64,000 nt of DNA, taken from the NCBI GenBank assembly GCA_024137785.1, contig JAHRHZ010000271.1, positions 23,175,915 to 23,239,914 of the forward strand, written 5' to 3'. The stretch comes from Ginglymostoma cirratum (Eukaryota). A program made the translations under genes and the position numbers. Each line of letters starts with the position of its first letter. Position 1 is the stretch's first letter. Shown in pieces: positions 1-13,389 of the stretch. The notes under the pieces were generated by a model, which worked only from the letters and a program-made list of their open reading frames with translations, did no database searches and was not told where the DNA came from.

Positions 1-399
1 CCATTTATATCAAGGACAGTCTCACTCAGAATGCCAGGCACACTGCATGGACTTCAGCACATTCCATGAATTAACATGTTGATCATTGCATAAGTACACA
101 TCTGATTAGTGTCTGTAACCACTACAGAACCAAGCAGGAAGGCTTCATTGAGGTGTCTGTGAAATAACATTTCACGCAAACAGTTAGTAACCTGCATCAC
201 GAAAAGCTGAATGGTGGTGCCACTACTTTGTGGGACCCATTTCCCATTGTATTGCACAGTGGACTGTAGAATTTGTAAGTGTTTTTGCCATCCTCTGACA
301 ACATGGGCAGTCAGTATACGTCAAGTAAGAATTCGCCATCTGATTCTAAGAGGGTGCTATACTGTCAGAGATGTTTTTCAAAAGGTAAAAGCACCATAG

Positions 400-580
400 T
401 CTGACCAGACCAAAGAGCTGCTGCCTCATTAGAGAGAGATATGACTAGAGGTGGTTCAACCTGAGGGATCACCATGCCAAATCCTGGGGAGACGTTAATT
501 AGTTTATGGTAACCTCAGCCAGTGCCTGAATTGAACCCATGCTATTGAAGTCACTCTGCATCACATCTGAGCTAACTGAG
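400..580 (-). mobile_element. Degenerate tRNA-derived SINE
   Basis: Reverse strand reads gttagctcag...gggttcaattc...ggctgaggttacc (A- and B-box-like); a related head lies at ~35997-36075 (+). Boundaries approximate. Confidence 0.55.
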
Positions 581-604
581 AGTTATTAAACAGAGGCTGT
601 TACA

Positions 605-800
605 GTCAGGTAGATGTAAAAAATCCTTCACCTTTGTTCGGCGAAGAGCAGAGATTTCTTCTGTTGTTCATCCAATGGTGACAAAAATATTGATTTTTCT
701 CAAACTTATTTTTGGAGAGTTCCTGTTCTGCTCAATTGGATCTCATGTTTGCCTACACAACAGGCATGACTTTCAACAGTAATCGAAATTTGGAGGTCAT
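605..800 (+). mobile_element. Degenerate DeuSINE (SacSINE1-like) fragment
   Basis: caggtagatgtaaaaaatcc...gaagagcag resembles the recalled Deu-domain core. Confidence 0.4.
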
Positions 801-1720
801 TTGCAGCATCATCTTTTAAATAAGTAATCCCAACTTAAATCCACTGATTTACTGCTACTTGTTAACCTTGTTATTTGAGAGTGTGTAACAATTCTGCACA
901 AATAAGGTTCTCCTGAGTCTTCTCCCATCTCACTGTCTGGTTATAAAAGGGTATAATTTAATCCAACCATTTTAGATGGGTAGCATGATTAATAGGCCTT
1001 CTTAATCGGGCTGTACATCAGCACCTCAATTGTAGGAAAATATCCTGTAGTTAAGTCAAAGGTGGAAAAGGCCCCGAAATTTGCCCTCTTGTAGTGAGAA
1101 GTCAGTCATTAACGAGTCCATCACCATTTATCTCTGAGCTCGCCAGAAGTTAGTGATGGTTCAGGGATCAAATAAGAGTTGCACAGCCTCTCAGATCCTG
1201 CCCAGCTAGCAGTGTCTTGGAGTCCCTCTTTGTTAGTGACTCAGTGCCCAATCACAAGAGGGAACTGAGGAAAATGTTCCCGTATCTGCGTCACTCCACC
1301 AGACTTGTTCACTGGGATAGTTTTCCCTTTTAGAGAAGGAAAGATGGGAAATATTCATGTACTTCATGCTTCTCTAAATTGCAACTTTACTCAAGCAAGA
1401 CATGTGCCGGAAAATTGGACAACAAACATTTTCTCAGCCTCAAGACTCAATAAGGTGGTAAACAATGTACCACAAAGAAATGGGCGGAAAATATTAATAA
1501 AGAAAAATAGCATTAGACCAAGGAAGACCTTATGATATAAATGATGTCTACAAACTCTGATTCAGTAATTTTTCTTAAAATAGTCTTTGAGAAGCGTGAT
1601 TGCATTTTAATATTATGATGTGCATCATTGTAAACCAGGAATAGGGACACGTCGTGTTTCTATTTTGTTATGTAAATATACTTTAGTACAATAATCACAT
1701 GTAAAAAAACTGTTTTGCAG

Positions 1721-1773
1721 TTCATGGCTCAGTGCTTTCACTTTCCTCCACGACATCATCTGTTCATTCCACA
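1721..1773 (+). CDS. NAV1: Neuron navigator (NAV1-like) exon, (V)HGSVLSLSSTTSSVHST
   Basis: ttttgcag acceptor and gtaagt donor; 53 nt; the peptide matches the NAV-family VHGSxLSL motif. Confidence 0.9.
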
Positions 1774-3678
1774 GTAAGTCTTGTTTATGCTTTTTTTAAA
1801 AAAAAATGAGAAGTAAGTTTTGTTAGTGTCAAATAAATCTCTGACTGTAAATGTATCCATATTTGGCAAGAAATATTCCCATGCGTCACTGGATGATTTA
1901 ATGCAATTCTGAAAACATAACATAACATAATTGCATTTATTTTGTTCATGTATCAATATTTGGTTTGAAATACTCTGCAGTACGCTGAAGAGTGGAATTT
2001 TTTATGGATTCTGTTTCTGTAAAGTCTACATTCTGAATCAATTGGCTCCGTGTCTAAAGCTAGCTCAGTCTCTTAACAGAGGAACAAGTTCTTAGCAGCT
2101 CTGCATTGTGTGCTGTACAGGGAACGTAGCAATACTTTGTGGATTTGGTATCTTCTGTGATGAGAAAATGAATGAGTCTGGCCAGTTGGCCCATTAGGTT
2201 GGATTTAAGGCAGCTTGTCAATGGTGAGGAAAATAGACGGGTAGGTCACTTAATTGCAGGAGAGGCTATGCGTTTATCTTCTGATGGTGAATGGCGCCTA
2301 ATTCGGACTTCTGTTGGGTCTCCTCCATAGTACTGACAAGGATCCCTACCAGTTCTATAACCAATGGGTGAAACCCCAGTCAGATCCAATAAAAGCTGAC
2401 TCGTTGGATCTCTGGCACTCAGCATAGCTATGCAATTAATGTCTTAATGCCACTGCTCTACTATTTCTACATAACCTTTCAAAATTCCTCGTGTATGTCG
2501 AATTCCTTGTTGAAAGTTATTATTGAATTTGCTTTCATCACCCTTTCAGGTTGTGAATTCCAGGTTGCAACAATTTGCTGTTTAAAGAAAACTTCTCCAC
2601 ATTAATAAGCCTGCCCAACTCTCCTGGAACTTTTGCAGTTTAGTTGTCTTCGGGTTATCAACCCTCCTGCCAATGGAAAGATTTTTTTTTTTCTATTTTC
2701 CTCTTCAAAGCCTCGATCCATTCTTTCCTTACCTCACTCTGCTCAAAGGCAAGCAATCTCATGCAATTGCTGTGTTTTATTTCAACTATTGGAAAAGTTC
2801 AAAAAGGACAGGGAAGTTCTTCATAATAGAATAGCAGAAATCTGAAGCCAGCATCTGAGATTTGGGGAAATAGAATGTAATCCCCTAGTCTGAAAATTGC
2901 AGTAAATGCAGTCATCTTTCAATCCCCCACTAACCCCTATTGTGATTTACAGTGGTGAGATATTCTATTTGGAAGAGAATGGTTAATACCCATCATGCTA
3001 TGCTGTTGCTAACTTCCTACCAGCTATAGGTAGTTGCCTTGACCATTTGGTTGTGCTGTCCTCACCAAACATTGTGCACAGTATAAGACTGCTTCATGAC
3101 CAAAAACTGTTGTGTTGGAATGTTGGACAAAATAAATGCAGTTTGAATGCAAATTGATTATCACAAAGAAGCTACTTTGTCAGACAATTTCTTGTTTTTG
3201 AAATTTATATTGAGATGAACATCGGTCATGAATTCTGCAAGGAATATGATTGCCTATGACTCCATGTTATTATCATACTGAGAACAGCCTGTTTAAAAAG
3301 TCCCAGATTGTCTCATGTTTGTGTATGTAATGCAGCAAAAAAATCACTGCAAAATGTCAATATAGAGACTGCAGTGCAGAGATAAGAGTTACGGCCTTTC
3401 CAGAAAGAAGTATCTTTCCTACTCTTCAAAAATCTAAGCCAATCTTGGTTAGTTTTGTGTACTGACATTTACTGTGTCAACATATCGAATATTGACTGCT
3501 GCTTGCTGTTGCGTTTCTTCATTTCCTGATGCATAAAATACATTCAGAAGAACGACTGGTGCATGAGTGCTCACTTTCAATATAAGATGTGTTTTGACGG
3601 AACATAACAAAATATAGAAGCCTTCTGCATCATTATTTTAAGAATTTGAAAATAATGTTTTATTTTCTTTTCCTGCAG

Positions 3679-3702
3679 AGTGAAGACAAGGCCCAAGGAG
3701 AG
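3679..3702 (+). CDS. NAV1: NAV1-like 24-nt microexon, SEDKAQGE
   Basis: Polypyrimidine tract plus cag acceptor, gtatgt donor, phase 0/0; corresponds to AEERMQSE of human NAV1 as recalled. Confidence 0.88.
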
Positions 3703-3977
3703 GTATGTGCATCCAATGATTTATTGATTTGTTTCTGTGCAATGTAGTAGGTAATGGAGATTTAGTTCATTAGAAAGTTCACTTATTTGTTCACTGTAAA
3801 ATAGAAACATCCATACTCCTCCTGTTACACATTAGTGTAAAGCAACAATTTATATCAATTTCAGGCTCTGAAAAGACCCGTTAGCTTGATGGGACATATC
3901 AAAATAAAATCTGTCTTGCATATGGTGTTTGCAATCTTATAAACAACTTGGAGTTAATGTGGAAGTATTTGTTGCAG

Positions 3978-4055
3978 CATATTCGCAAACTACGTAGGGA
4001 ACTTGAGTCTTCACATGACAAGGTTTCTGCACTTACATCACAACTGTCTACAAAT
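3978..4055 (+). CDS. NAV1: NAV1-like exon, HIRKLRRELESSHDKVSALTSQLSTN (coiled coil)
   Basis: gttgcag acceptor and gtaagt donor; 78 nt in frame; NAV IRKLRREL motif. Confidence 0.95.
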
Positions 4056-5562
4056 GTAAGTTGTTTCTTTGTACTTTCTTCACAGCAACACTATATTTAA
4101 TAAACCACATCTATTGTTGCATTTCTGTGAAAAGTAATGTGATAATGACTAAAGCCATGGAGTAGTGCGCTGCAAGGAATATTCAGGGTATTCTGGTTTT
4201 TGATGTTTGCCTATACCATTATAATGCCCAGAAGCAGTATCCAAAGAAACGTAGATCACTAGGGTCCCTGCAAATGGTAGGGCAAGGTGTCATGAAAGAA
4301 TAGTCAATAACTAATTAAAACGTTCTTACCTCGACATTACTTCCTTTAAAACATCCACTCCAAAATAACACTCAATGCCCAGATAGCCGCTGAATTACCC
4401 CTGTTGCATTGCAGTGAAACCTAATTTAAATATTTTTGTTTTCTTAATTTGCCTTATGCATATTCTGTGCTTGTGATTCCAATATTTAATATGTGGGCGA
4501 TTTTATTGACTGAACAGTAGTTCTTATGATTCCAAAACCAGCCTCAAGGACAACACATTAGGCCGTCCTCATTATACTGTTTCACTGTTTCCTGTTCATG
4601 TTTGGGATCTGCGTTTGAATTTAATTCAAAAACTGATGAATTGAAAATTAATTTCGAAACAATTGACAGAGTGAAGAATTGATATTTGGTTTCCAGCTAT
4701 CCAGTTTGAAAAGTTGGGACCTGAATGCTGACGAGTGGACATTTTTGGTCAGTGAGTGGTATGCCAACGCGGCCATGTTTTTAACATCAACTATGTCTCC
4801 CTTCTGCTGCTGGGCTGCATACACAACCTGGTGATACATTTAGTGCCTAGCTGAAATTACCATTTTTCAACTCCATGCAGAAGCATTGTCCATCTCATTG
4901 CCCATGAAGGACCTTCCTGTTCACATTCAAAATCCAGACCCTTTGCGGATAAACTTTCTGCTCACTGACCTGAGAAAGCCATAGCCAGTTGTGACCAGAG
5001 GTACCTCATCTGAGCTCAGCGAATCATTATTACAGAGCAAGAAATGAATCAGAGGGTTTCTGTTCTGCACTTCATCAAGACTTCAGTTTGATTTATTTTA
5101 TTTATTTAGAATTAACCACGCTTACAACATCCACAATCATTCTTTGCACCCTCTAAACCTTTCTTTACTAATTGTTAGCTCCAAAATTATGTCATCAGTA
5201 AAGTACTTAATAACATTCTCATGCTTTCATTTACCATTTCTATAACTTTGGAACTGAAAATTCGATTCATTTCAGCCACACTTTTTTCATTAAACTACAA
5301 AAATTATCAAAGAAAGGGTTTACTCAAGCAAGTTGGCAGATGCACTGCACTTTGTGAGTGCCCAAGATATATACACCTGTGGTATTTAGTTAACTATATG
5401 ACAAGGAATTCAATTAATCTGAGTTGGAACAAATTTAATTTTGAAGCAAAACTAATTTTGTGTAAATCATTTTGAACATTTGAGAATGTATTTCAGAAAA
5501 AAGATAAAGTAAATTAAACGGTTGTTTTCTTTGTTTTTATTTTCTCTCCTGCTAATTTTTAG

Positions 5563-5646
5563 GCTCATCTTGTGGCAGCATTTGAACAAAGTTTGACAAA
5601 CATGACATCTCGTTTACAGAGCCTCGCTTTGACAGCAGAACAGAAG
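5563..5646 (+). CDS. NAV1: NAV1-like exon, AHLVAAFEQSLTNMTSRLQSLALTAEQK
   Basis: tttttag acceptor, weak gtctgt donor; 84 nt; LVAAFEQSL motif. Confidence 0.95.
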
Positions 5647-7187
5647 GTCTGTGAGAACCAAACTTGGTTGTCTCTAAACCCTAATGTTAGACTTATCAAT
5701 GAAGTACCCGGTTGATGACATTAATGTCTAAATGTTGTGCAATGAAACAATAGCTAATAATCCACCTACTGTTTGAATTAAGACTACATCAGATCATTCC
5801 ATCTTAATATGTTGTCAAATTCTGCATTGGTGAGGCACGTTATGATCTCAGTTCTTAAGTACTCATGTGTAGGAGTATACTGAGAAAGAAGAGGAAACTT
5901 GGTGAAGAATTGCCATCTGTTCTATCGTATTGGCAGATGGTGCACAGCAGGTTTTTCTGCTCTAACAGGGTAAATAATACAGAACATTCATTGCCATAAT
6001 GATATTTTGGATTCTGTGTCAACGCGGTATTTATAAGTGAAGAGCAGGTTTTGACATTACTCTGAAGATTTAGAGAAATACATTCGGACACTTCATTGGT
6101 GGACAGATGAATACTTCCAAGTAATGTAGCAGCTCAGATGTATAACTATAGATAGGAAACATGGTTCAGGTAGATATTTCAATTCGCTAACCAACACAAC
6201 TTGGGTTTCTTCAATCTGATAAAAGCTTTAACAAGGATAAGTAAAGGAAAATGGCACATGTTAGGCTAACGGGTTTAAAAAAAACATTTTTGCTGCTATC
6301 CATCTCTTAAAAACAGGGGATGGTGGATGTAATATTAACACAGAATATATAGTTGTTTTACAAAATAACAATTTCATTCTGGAACCAAAAGATTACATCT
6401 CAAAAATGGGTGAATTTATTGGTGCATGACAGTTTATTGTTTGCAATAAGCCATCTGTAGCTTTTGAACATGTTAATATTGCTGCTAAAACTACCTTTCT
6501 TTCTGTTTCACTGAAGAACACAAAACAATTACTTTTCTGTTTTTCTCCTGCAAAGAAACACACTGTTTTGGGTGAACACACCTTACTTTCTATTTCTGAG
6601 CTCGGGCAAAGATTTAATGGAAAAGAGAAGCGATGAGGCAGCTGGCTCCTAGCTGATCTAGACACAGACTGAACCATGTTGATACCAAAAACTCAGATAT
6701 GCTTTAAGTCAGTTCCCACTGGGGAACATGATTGGAACACATGTACCTTCCTGCATTGTACAACACTTACAGAACACTCAGGCTTCACACAAGAACATCT
6801 ACAACAAAGATCCTTTCATTTTTGTCTGACCAGAATCTAATTAATTTTGAAATTTCAGTGATAAATGGATAAAAGTGATTTTGAGCAGGTTCTCTATTTT
6901 ACTGCAGTAAAATAATCTCTGAACCAATTTCAATATTCCTTTCTCACTACAGATTTAAGCAAAAACATTTTAGTTTCAGTTAATCACAACTACTCTAGAA
7001 TTAAATTATTCCCAAACCCTGTACAGTAATTGGATTCTTCATGCTGATGTTATATCAACTATTAAATATTTCATACTATTTTTGATAGAAGATGATATTT
7101 ATTTACTGATACTATTTTCAGGTTCAGCACTGTAATGTTTCCCTAAAGTTCTTCCCTTTGGTATTTTTCTGTTTTGGCTTCAAACAG

Positions 7188-7299
7188 GATTCGGAGTTAT
7201 ACGATCTCAAAGAAACAATTGACATGTTGCATAAAAAGAATGCAGAAGCACAAGCTGTTATACAGGGAGCATTGAACAACCCAGACTTGACACCAAAAG
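7188..7299 (+). CDS. NAV1: NAV1-like exon, DSELYDLKETIDMLHKKNAEAQAVIQGALNNPDLTPK
   Basis: aaacag acceptor and gtaatt donor; 112 nt ending in phase 1, matching the next exon. Confidence 0.95.
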
Positions 7300-7449
7300 G
7301 TAATTCTTAATCTGTTAGTAAAAGAACTGAACAATGGCTTCTCTTCAGTCATTAAACCTTAGCCAGTAAAGTGTTTGAATTCCCATGCTTCCTTACTATT
7401 CATTCTCTTTCTCCCTCTATCTTTGTCTATCTAAAATAGGATATATTCA

Positions 7450-8200
7450 CTGTAGAGAGACTGTTGTTAATCATGAGCAGACAAACTCATGTAATTATAG
7501 TCCATTTGGCTTAGTGTGTGGTGAATATTTTCTATCTTTAATTAAGGATGAAATTGCTACATATCTAAAGGAAGTAAAAATAGCTAGAAAACAATCAATT
7601 CTGAGTTCATAAAGAGGGACTGTGCTTGATAAATTCCATGAAGGATTTGGAGGACAGAAGTGCTGGAAAGGAGAAATACCATGAAAGTGATACACTTGCC
7701 CCTTTGGTGAAGCAGCTCGTCAAAGATTTTCAGAAGACTATTGACGAAGATTTAAGAATATGGAATGAAGAAAAAGATAGCAAATTGAATTGAAAACTTT
7801 TCAGAAGGGAGGAATTTAAAAATAGGACTTAAGAACACTTTCTCAGTGATTGGAACCGGTAAACTATACTCAAAATGGCTTGTCTCTTGGTCTATTAACA
7901 TGATATGAAAATAGGAGGCATGGCACATAATTCTGGGGATCAAAAGAAGGTGAAGAAGACATAGTGGAAAGGAAGAAATAGGCTTATGGAATTCCATGAG
8001 AGTATGCACAAGCTGCCATATTTTGGTAGAAAAATGATTGATAAAAGCAGTTTTCCAAGCAGATAATGTCATTCACACACACAAAAAATAACACATTTTA
8101 TGCTGGTTTAAAGCAAGTGGACTATTGAAATCTTCAGGTAAATCTAGACAAAATCTCAATAAGACTATAGTGTATTGCGTCCAATTGTGGTTCCACAGAA
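7450..8200 (+). mobile_element. Old CR1-type LINE remnant
   Basis: Degenerate NYxPxxL-like RT start and a purine-rich CR1-like body; no intact ORF. Confidence 0.4.
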
Positions 8201-8419
8201 AGAATGTTGAGGCAATAGGACACAAAACAGCTTTTCCAGCATGCCACCTGAAGTGGGGAGAAACAAGAAAAAAAAATTAAACATGAGTCTTTTATGCAAG
8301 TGATTATAAATTGAGTTAATAGAACTCTTAAATGTTGTGAAGTGATGTGACTGAGTAAAGGAAGAAACTGTTTCTGGTGGTTCAAGTGTCTTAGTCTCCA
8401 GAGATATGATCAAATATAA

Positions 8420-9080
8420 TAGCATTACACAGAGGTTATAAGGTTGAGAATGCATTAGGAACAAAGACCATGTCATCATCTCCAATGATGAATGAAATAG
8501 GGTATGCAAGGAGCAGCATCAGGTATTCCTGAAAATAAAGTATCAACCTGGTACAGCTACAACACACGACTACTGCATGCTAAGCAGTACAGGCACTACG
8601 TAAGAAGTCGGAGCTAAGTGATCCCACAACCAATGGATCAGATTTAAATTCTGCTGCCCTCCAACATCCAGTTGTGAATTGAGGTGGGCAATTAAACAAC
8701 TCAATGCATGAGGAGGGTTCATATCCCTAATGATGGGTGTCAGTGTAAAAGGTGAGGCTGAAGCATTTGCATGCATCTTTTAGACAGAAGTGCCAATGAT
8801 AAATCACAGCTTCCTCTCAACTTGCCGAGCATCACAGTTGCCAGTCTTCAGCCAGTTGGATGAATTTCATGTGTTATCAAGAAACAGCTTAAGTCACTGG
8901 ACACTGACTGTAAACGAGCAATAATACTCAAGACTTCAGCTCCTAAGGTAGCCTTGCCCCTTATGAAACTGTTCCAATAGAGCTACATCACTGGCTTCAA
9001 CCCATCAAAGTCAAAAATTGGTCAAATATATCCTGTTCACTAAAAGCAAGACAAATCTGAAGCCACTAATTACTGCTTTG
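8420..9080 (+). mobile_element. Degenerate non-LTR LINE fragment, same family as 36680-37255
   Basis: Shares blocks (cccacaaccaatggatcaga, caattaaacaact, aggctgaagcatttgc) with 36700-36870. Confidence 0.55.
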
Positions 9081-9477
9081 CTGTCTGAACCAGCATTTAT
9101 TGCCTATCCCTAACCATCCTTGAGAAGCTGATGGTGATAAACTGCCTTCTTGAACTGCTGCTTTCCTTGCTGTGTAGGTAAATCCTCAAGGGTGTTGGGG
9201 AGGGAGTTAAAGGATTTTGTCCCAGTGGCAGTGTAAGAATAGCATGAGTCCCAAGTCAAGATGATGTATGATTTGGAAAGCAATTTGCTTTCAGTGGTAT
9301 TCTCATACTTCTGCTTCCTTTGTCCTTCTAGGTGGTAGAGATTGTGGGTTTAGAAAATACTGTCTTACAATGAAGCAGGAAGCAAATATAAGTAATTAAA
9401 TGATCCATTAATGTATTTAGCTTGGTCATCGATACTTCTTCTTTGGTGATGAGCCACTCCCTTGTGCTCTCATTGGA

Positions 9478-9717
9478 TGTGGAATGAAATAACTCCACAG
9501 AGGCCAGTATCCCATCACTAAGTCACGTTATGTTTACAGATGGATTGCCCTTGACACTGACCCAGCTGTCTCAGAGCCAGCTCTCTGAGTGAACAGGATG
9601 TCTGACACTCCAGTTTATATCTGTTGGCCAGGGCTCCCTGATTGAACCTATTAACAGCCCAATCAGGGAACTCATATTTGATGAGATCACTTGGCTGACC
9701 TCGTCACAGTCACCGCA
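9478..9717. mobile_element. Possible solo LTR or short interspersed repeat
   Basis: TG...CA-like ends, TATA-like tttatat, internal inverted repeat ccctgattg/caatcaggg; no clear TSD. Confidence 0.35.
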
Positions 9718-10762
9718 GGGAGGCTGCCAGCTCAATGCAGTAGTCACCTGGGGAAAAGGGTTTCCATGCCCCCAGAGGGCTTTGTACCATTATAGATTTT
9801 GATAGTTCCTTTGACCTTTCTCCTGAAGGCTCCAGGCAGGGCTGCACACCTACCCAGGCTTTTCAGCTTAGCAAGTCTGGCAGCAGCACACTCAAGAGTT
9901 GCCTTTGGTACAATTTGAGGTGGAATTCCTGTCATCCTCCTATGTATTCTTGACACCTGAATATTGTCCAATACTAGTCCGTGCCTTCAGAAGTAACATT
10001 TCTGCCAAGTGCTGAGGATGCAATTTTTAAAGCTTTAAATTCCATTGACCCTCTTGTCTGTTGTTGGGCTGTTAATGTTGAGGCTTATTGGATGCTTCCC
10101 TACTTTTGTTACTCTTTCCATAGCAGATCCTCTGGGCAAAATTTTCCCCTGCCTGGTGTGGCGAGTGTAATGGCAAGTGAGGTCACAAAGTAGGGAAAGA
10201 ATGGGAAAAAAAACAGATTCTTAATGTCAGAATTCAGATGTGTTTCATCTTGAGTCTTAAATGGCAACTTTGGAATCTCGCCCTTGAGCAGTAACTAAGT
10301 TGTTTCCATATATTTACATCTCACTAAAACCCGACCTCAACCTATTTACATCACATTTCCAAATCTCCTCCCTCGAGAAGGTAAATGATGTGAAAACCCG
10401 ACATGTAAAGCTGAGTAGCTGGCAGGCAGCTGCATCTTGCTGAATGCCTGTCCCCATCATCATGCAACTGCTTCAGCCGCAAAATGTTCCTACAGGCCAC
10501 CATTCTCCTCAAACCTTTATTCACACCACATGGCACCGGAAAACCACTATCTCAGCATCATCATGTCTGTTCTTGGACTAACAGCTATTATGTCAGACGC
10601 TTCAGCATTTTACTTTGGAGCTGACACTGATAACTTGCATATTTCATGCCAGGTCCCATTGCGCACATACCTGGTGTGTCTGCACAGGATGTTTTTTTTA
10701 TGCTGACTTGACACATGGTTTCTTCGCACTCACTGACTTGTGCACTTATGGGATGCTGCCAG

Positions 10763-10802
<40 letters not shown>

Positions 10803-10803
10803 T
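10763..10803. repeat. (CT)n microsatellite
   Basis: Seen directly. Confidence 0.95.
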
Positions 10804-11127
10804 GGGTAACATTGCTTTTTTCTTGCACAAGATGATAAACAGTCAGTTACTGTCTGCCACCCAGTGCTGTTTAACATGCTTTTTAGCACAAAGGGCAAGA
10901 AAGACTGCTTGTGACAGTGCAGACCACTGAACAGTGAGTCTAACATGCAGACAGGAATCGAACTGTCACTCTGAAGGACTGTGCTATCTCAGATTCAGAG
11001 CTGCAGCACATGCCAACCGCTTATTCAGCAAACATTTTCCAAGAGCTTTAAGCAAATGGCAAGTGTAAAAGTTGAAACATGTCTGAATTTGACATTAAGA
11101 ATCTGATTTTCTTTTCCCGTTCTCTGG

Positions 11128-11761
11128 TGATGGTACTATGGCTTTAAGAGGTATATTTGTCCTTTATTTTATGAAGAGAGGTTAAGAGAGAGTGGTCTGT
11201 TCCAAGCCGATAAAGTAAACAGCTAGTGAGGCCTTGTTTCTTTCTTAATTGGAACAAAAGAAGCAGCCTGAATAGTAGGGTCAAGCTCCCACAGGACCAG
11301 GATTTTAGCTTTCAGTAGTTGTTGGAGTTTTGAAGTTGCTGTACATCTCTCTCAGTTACAGCTAAAAGCTTAAGTTCCCTATCTTTGCCAGAATGTTCTC
11401 TTGATGTTCTTTCCTCCTGGACTGGAGAAACATTGTCTCACATGCAATCTGTTTTAGCGAATTTGCCTTTGCCAAGAGTGTGCTTATGGGATGTTTCTAT
11501 AATGGAATCGTCACTATTTAGGACTTGAATAATCTATTATTCTGTTAGGTTTTACAATAGAGATCAAGTTAGACCAATTCTTCTTTCTTTTGTTGGTATT
11601 TTAACTGTAGAGTAAGAATAACGTGTGTTTTACTTAAAGCCGAGTAGTGTAACCGATCGAATTACATCTAGAGCACGGCACCTTACACTTAGCCTCGACT
11701 CTTTCATATTTAAAGGTATCTCCTTGATATATTTGAAGGGGGTTTGGTCTGGTCCATAACA
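11128..11761. mobile_element. Probable solo LTR nested in the Harbinger remnant
   Basis: ~630 bp with TG...ATAACA ends; it begins right at the end of an inverted-repeat arm; no convincing TSD. Confidence 0.45.
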
Positions 11762-12774
11762 GGGACCTCTGTCAGATGAAGGGATATAATGGTTAGGACT
11801 ATACTATTGCATTCGATGAGCTTATCCTATTCAAGTCCGGGGGCGTTGGCCACAGTCATCCTTGCAGATCATGCAAAGAGCCAGAGGATTACAAGCAGGT
11901 TGTTGAGACATCAGCCCAAGAGGCGAGCCAATTTTTACATTGCAATGAGACAAAGTAAGAGATTAAATATGATGAAAGTGATGCAAGAGTAGTTAATGGT
12001 CATGCATGAACAGGAGAGGTAGTGAGGGAGTAGAGGGCCAGATGTGTGGTAATTTAGGAAACAGAGGTGGGTGAGAGACCTTCAGTGGACATTCTGCATG
12101 CAATACTGAGGGCTGTAGCCCATCAGTGTTGGTAAGATGCATCCACAAAGGCATACCTAATGAATGCTGGCTTTGAGTGTGAGGTAGCAAAAGGAAGAGG
12201 GTGGCACTTGCCCATACAAGAAGCAGATGATCATTGATCACCATGTGGCATTGCTGCAGGCTATAACCCTGACTTACACTGCAATTGCTATCTAGGCTGG
12301 CTGTGCCTGTTTGCAGTTAGCAGTGGCAAAGAGTTGATCTTCTCTCTGCCACCCCATCCATCAGCACCTCCAGATCCCTATCCTGGAAGTGGAGGCCTAG
12401 CTTGCTTTTCATATCGGACATTTGCAGGCTTAAATGACCTCAACAAACAGTCATTCCTGGCTTGCAATATCTAAAGTTGTACATAAGTTGTAATTTTCAA
12501 TATGGTTCCAGAGGTGTGTGTGTCAGTCAGTCTCACCAGTGATGAGCTATTCTCTAACCGTGTGATTCCCTAAGAAACATAACCAAAAGGTCAGTTGCAA
12601 AATTAATGAGGTGAAAAGCAAAAGGACTTGTGAGAAATTTCACACTGGCTCGTGGCAGACCAGGATTGGAAAATTCAGTCCTTAGTGTGTGGTCTATAAG
12701 TTAATTGGAAATCACAAACTAAACACATCATTCCACAATGCTTAAACATATTGCCAAGCATTGATAACAACAGA

Positions 12775-12825
12775 AAATATTGCTTACAAATTATGTATCT
12801 AAATATTGCTTACAAATATGTATCT
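12775..12825. repeat. Tandem duplication with 26/25-bp units
   Basis: aaatattgcttacaaat(t)atgtatct x2. Confidence 0.9.
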
Positions 12826-13166
12826 TTATTAATGTGAAAACCTACAAACAGTAATTTTAATTTCTGTCTCGCGTATTTTGGCTTAACCTGAACTATGTTA
12901 ACTAGAGTAAATGCCAAAATATTTATAAAACCTAACTCACCAGCATTGAAATATGGATTCTTGAGTCAATCATCTTACTATATTGAAATGATCTTAGAAA
13001 AAAAAAAGATTGTGATTTTGGTTTAATAAATTTCTCCAAGCTTTCGGTAGAATAAGAAAAGTTAAATGTAACGTAAATGAGAACTATCAGAATTTTCCCT
13101 TGAAAAAGATCTCTTGTGTCAGCAGATAGTTGTAATGTACTTCCACTATATTGTCATTTTTCACAG

Positions 13167-13288
13167 AACTGCGTATAAAAAGGCAGAATTCATCAGACAG
13201 TATCTCTAGTCTCAACAGCATTACAAGCCATTCCAGCATAGGGAGTGGTAAAGATGCTGACGCCAAAAAGAAGAAAAAGAAAAGCTGG
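13167..13288 (+). CDS. NAV1: NAV1-like exon, ELRIKRQNSSDSISSLNSITSHSSIGSGKDADAKKKKKKSW
   Basis: tcacag acceptor and gtaagt donor; 122 nt; near-identical to recalled human NAV1. Confidence 0.97.
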
Positions 13289-13371
13289 GTAAGTTCATGC
13301 TTTTCTCTTTACATGAGAGTCAAATATTATACACTTGACACCGGTATATGCTGAGTGCTCGTGTATGGTAA

Positions 13372-13389
13372 GTGCGCCCTCTGCTGTTA
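13372..13389 (-). promoter_or_regulatory. Candidate CTCF motif
   Basis: The minus strand reads ACAGCAGAGGGCGCAC, against the consensus CCASYAGRKGGCRS, and retains its CpG. Confidence 0.35.

Larger units (their letters stand above)
10134..12682 (-). mobile_element. Degenerate PIF/Harbinger-type DNA transposon remnant with a Myb/SANT-like ORF
   Basis: GGGCAAAATTTTCC...GGAAAATTCAGTCC TIR-like ends; the minus-strand frame from 12421 reads MSDMKSKLGLHFQDRDLEVLMDGVAERRSTL*...QQCHMVINDHL. Confidence 0.55.
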
